Notes under the pieces: generated by a model | The model's database searches: none | The model's input: only the letters and a program-made list of their open reading frames with translations | Told to the model about the DNA's origin: nothing | DNA from: Octopus sinensis | Taxonomy: Eukaryota | Assembly: GCF_006345805.1 (NCBI RefSeq) | Contig: NC_043016.1 | Span: 25,854,001 to 25,918,000 of the forward strand | Direction of reading: 5' to 3' | Length of the DNA stretch: 64,000 bases | Part shown: positions 60,088-64,000 of the stretch, in pieces | How positions within the stretch are numbered: the stretch's first letter is position 1 | Layout: each line of letters opens with the position of its first letter | Made by a program: the position numbers and the translations under genes

Positions 60088-60298
60088 CCCTTCAGTGTTC
60101 AGATTATTCTGTCAAATATAACATATTCACATTTTGAATTTATTCTGGATAATCTTGTAGCCTTGAGATTTCAATGATGTGATTGTTTATGCTCAAAATG
60201 TCATTGTAGGGTAGGTGTGAGATGCCAGATGTGGCCAATTTGAACATAAAGCGAGTAGAATATTTTGGCCGGATACGGCCAGATTAAATGCTAAAGGG
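60088..60298. mobile_element. piggyBac-like MITE
   Basis: ttaa|cccttcagtg...aatgctaaaggg|ttaa. Confidence 0.75.
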
Positions 60299-60499
60299 TT
60301 AAGATTTACTTTTGTTCTCAATTTTTAGTAGACAAAAGTACTTTGAGAATTAAGTATTTGTTAATTATATAATTGTATAATCAATTTTAATTTAGTCTTC
60401 ATGCCTATCCTCACCTACTGTCATAAATGTTAGGTAATGACTGAAAGAGTGCAGTCTAAATACAGGTGGCCAAAATGGGGTTCCTCTGATGGATTATTG

Positions 60500-60860
60500 A
60501 GTAATATTATTCAACAGGGTGCGTAGCTTAGGGATCAGGGAGTCCCTACAAGTCAATCAGCTACTTCTCTGCATTGAGAAGTCACAACCCTGGTACTACA
60601 GATATGTGATCAGGATGTCGCAGGAAAGAATTGCAAGATGGATTCTTCAAGTCAAACCAACTGACTGAAGACCTAAGGATAGACCAAAAATAAAATGGTT
60701 AGATAATATCCATAGTCTCAGTTTGTTATACTTGGGAATCCAGATGGAAAGTGTAATGATCGTTATATCAGATAGGACCTTCTGGCCCTACGGAGGAGGT
60801 ACTTGAGGGCTGTACCGACATGACCCTCCCAAGAATAGACAGAAAAAATGGATGGATGGA
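60500..60860 (+). mobile_element. RTE-clade LINE 3' end with (ATGG)n tail
   Basis: LLLCIEKSQPWYYRYVIRMSQERIARWILQVKPT..RPKxKWLDNIHSLS; ends atggatggatgg. Confidence 0.75.
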
Positions 60861-61940
60861 AAATTATTGGTATTTTCTCATAAAACTTAGAGACTTTTTG
60901 AAAGATTTTATGAGAAATAGGATTGTAACCAAGTGATTAGAGACTCTAAGCAATGTCAAAAAATTTACTAAATCTTAGTCTTGTTAAGTGAAAAGCATTT
61001 GGTTAAGTGATTTCATTGTCGGGCTCACAAATGTTAGGTCCTGGCTTCAATTTTTGGACTGGGAAGTATGTCTTTGAGCAAGGGTCTTCATTTTACATTG
61101 GTTTCAGTCCATTCAATTGAAAGTGAGTAGTTGCTGCAGCAGCAGCCAGGAAGTAGGTTAAACTTGCAGTGGACTAACATTCCATTCAGTTTGTGGAAGA
61201 GGAAGGGTCCTATACTCTTGGTAGCTTCTTAAATGCCATGAAAATCAGAGTAATAATGGGTGTATAGGCTCAAGAGAGACATAAAAAAAAGATTTCACAA
61301 AATGAATGAAATTTAGCGATTATCTCCCCTTGGCATGTGGTTACCTCAGTCATAAGATATCACTGATATGCATTTATTTCATCTTGGTGTGTGATTATAT
61401 TGGCATGTAGGATTATCTCACCTTCACATGTGACTATCTCAGCCATGTACTGTTTTCTGCCATATGGATATCTCACAGTTGGAGGTGGTGATTAACTCAC
61501 TTTTGTATGTGGTTATCTCACTAGGTGAGATAATCCCCAAACACTGGAATAAACTGATCCCTGAGTTAAAGTGGAACTGGTACGCAAAGATTCAGCTAAA
61601 AGGAGGAATAAATCAATCACCATTAAGAAAAAAAAAAGGGGGAGATTTGTCACGGAATAATTATAAAAATATTGAGAATATAAATCAAAGATTAGATAAA
61701 TTTCTTTAGCCAGTCAAAGACATGCTCATAGACAATCATCATTATGGCAGCACCTGAAAAAGACAGAAGTAAAAAGCAGTTAACAGAAATATTTTCAATT
61801 TATTTATTTTTTTTTTTTAAATTTAAATATCACTATTATTATCATATTTAATTTTTATTATCGTTTAGTGAGAGAGCAGCACATACGATCAAATTTCTCC
61901 TCATCATTGTCATTATCATTATCATTATTATTATTATTAA

Positions 61941-62146
61941 GGCAGCAAGCTTGCAGAATCGTGAGTATGCTGGATGAAATGCTTAGCAGTATTTTACCCA
62001 TCACTATGTTCTGAGTCCAAATTCCACCAAGGTCAACTTTGCCTTTCATCCTTTCAGAGTCGATAAATTAAGTACCAGTGAAACACTGAGGTCCATGTAA
62101 TCAACTAATCCCCAAAATTTCAGGCCTTGTGCCTTTAGTAGAAAGG

Positions 62147-62150
<4 letters not shown>
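61941..62150 (+). mobile_element. SINE family B, short-tail variant ending in (ATT)n
   Basis: ggcagcaagcttgcagaatc...aaggtcaactttgcctttcatcctttcagagtcgataaattaagtacc...tttagtagaaaggattattatt. Confidence 0.85.
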
Positions 62151-62190
<40 letters not shown>

Positions 62191-63069
62191 GAATGTGCAA
62201 AATTGTTAAGGAGTTGGAGAAAAGGCCTTATCGTATTTCTTTTGGTTCTTTTATATTTCAAGTTTAAGCTCTGTCAAGGTCACATTTGAGTTTCATCTTT
62301 ATGGAGTGGATAAAACGAAATATCAACCCGATACTGGAACTGATATAATCACCTCCAAAATGTGATTGGTACTTTATTTTATCAACCCACAGACAGATGA
62401 AAGACAAAGCTGAATCAATAATGAGTTTATTGTATAATCAGGTGCAGAACAATTCACTGAACAAGAGCAAAAGAGGTTGGGAAGTGAACTTCTTAATCAC
62501 ATAGCCATGCCTATCCATCAATCTATTAACCTACTTACCCACTTATTTATTTGTTTATTTATCTGCCTAGATCACCATCTAGTTATCTACCTATTTATCC
62601 ATCCTTTATCTATCAATCTATTTAAATAACTGTCTGTCTCTCACATATATAGTTAATCTTCTGTCTAATCATCCATCTGTCTATATGTCTGTCTATCTGA
62701 CTAACTATCCAACCCACTATCTATTCATATACAGTGGGAAAACAAGGTAAGCAAAAAAAGATATTTCAAATACCTGGTCCAAGTCGGAGAACTTTTGGGA
62801 CTAAGCCTTTATAAAGAGCAAAAAATCTGAAACAAAACAAAAAAAAAATTAAGAAATTAACCAACATTAAAAGTATTAGAATGATAAAAGTGATTTATTA
62901 CATACACACACACACACACACATATATTTGTGTGTGTGTGCGTGTGTATGTGTGTGTGTACAGTTATGTACTTTAACTACAGCATGCCTGCTAAGCAAAC
63001 TTCCTAACTACACAGCCACCCTTGCCTTCCAACAACATTAACATCTCTGCCATATACACTGCCTAAATA

Positions 63070-63310
63070 CATTTCAACGTCTGGATTTAAAAGCACACAA
63101 GACTCAAAGACATCATGAGAACCATCAAGGAGAACAAATACAGATGGGTAGCCATATCACATGAGTGAAGGACAACAGGTGGACAGTCAGGATGACAGAA
63201 TGGACACCAAGACAATGGACAAGATCTACATGGCTACAACTGGCCAGAGACAGACAGTGGTAGGAGTCCAGGTAGAGGTTGCTCCTTAGGAGCAATGAAG
63301 CCCTGGTCAT
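63070..63310 (+). mobile_element. RTE LINE 3' ORF2 fragment
   Basis: TRLKDIMRTIKENKYRW..HI..VKDNRWTVRMTEWTPR. Confidence 0.75.
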
Positions 63311-63754
63311 AAGACAAGATCACAGCATATAAATTAATATTAATCTTACCCTTCTTCTTTATAAATCAAGTGTATAGACTGGAAACATTTCTGATATTTT
63401 ATTTCACCAGGAACTGGTTGAGGGCCCTGGATACGACTCTTGGCAACATCAAATGGAATGTTAGTACAAGATCCAAGAACACCAGAAATAAAGCCAACAG
63501 TAAATTTCTTTAAAAAGTCCAAAACTTTGTCCTATAAAATAAAAATTTTTTAAATGTTGAAATTATATCACCTCACACAACATCACCACCATCCCCATCA
63601 CTACCACCATCACTACCCCCCCATCCCATCACTACCATATATTTTAAATAACTTGCTTGACAATACTGACGACACTCTAAAGTTGTGGACCATCTGTATC
63701 TTTAAATTTTATGTCATACATGAAGACAATGAATTGGTTTGGTTGTCCCTCATT

Positions 63755-63861
63755 CATACTTTTGCGGTTGATAAATTTAGTACCAGTGGAAACACTGGCA
63801 TCTATGTAATTGACTAGTTCCCTCCCCACAAATTTCAGACCTTGCTCCTTTAGTAGAAAGG

Positions 63862-63870
<9 letters not shown>
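63755..63870 (+). mobile_element. SINE family B 3' fragment
   Basis: ttgcggttgataaatttagtaccagtggaaacactgg...ctttagtagaaaggattatt. Confidence 0.7.
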
Positions 63871-63923
<53 letters not shown>

Positions 63924-64000
63924 TTTTGTTCATCATGTACATGTGTATTCATTACTACTTTATTTATTTTATTCAATTTTAGAAAAATTGAAGTATATCA

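Overview
This is AT-rich, microsatellite-dense animal DNA. The SINE families and repeat style point to an octopus or other coleoid cephalopod (my recognition, not a database match). Most of the window is decayed transposons: at least three tRNA-derived SINE groups in more than 25 copies or fragments, LINE relics (CR1, RTE/BovB, L1/Tx1, R4/Dong, R2/Hero), a Penelope-like element with an inverted terminal repeat, two nested Gypsy LTR elements (10.4-14.5 kb), Helitron/Helentron-type non-autonomous elements, mariner/hAT/piggyBac-type MITEs, and a 5'-only 5S rRNA pseudogene. There is a 100-N scaffold gap at 39184-39283. I recognise no intact host gene. Three short, phase-compatible + strand exon candidates (29096-29182, 34431-34457, 37467-37520) may belong to a large-intron gene, but this is weak. 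Nearly all ORFs in the supplied track are translations of simple repeats. The most interesting observations are a pre-miRNA-shaped hairpin in CpG-rich DNA, many long palindromes and inverted TE pairs (possible dsRNA/ADAR substrates), a Gypsy keeping only 25 bp of its 5' LTR, a modular repeat array in an RTE 3' UTR, tail-swapped SINEs, and a 5S fragment next to a SINE. I cannot claim a new biological system from this sequence alone.
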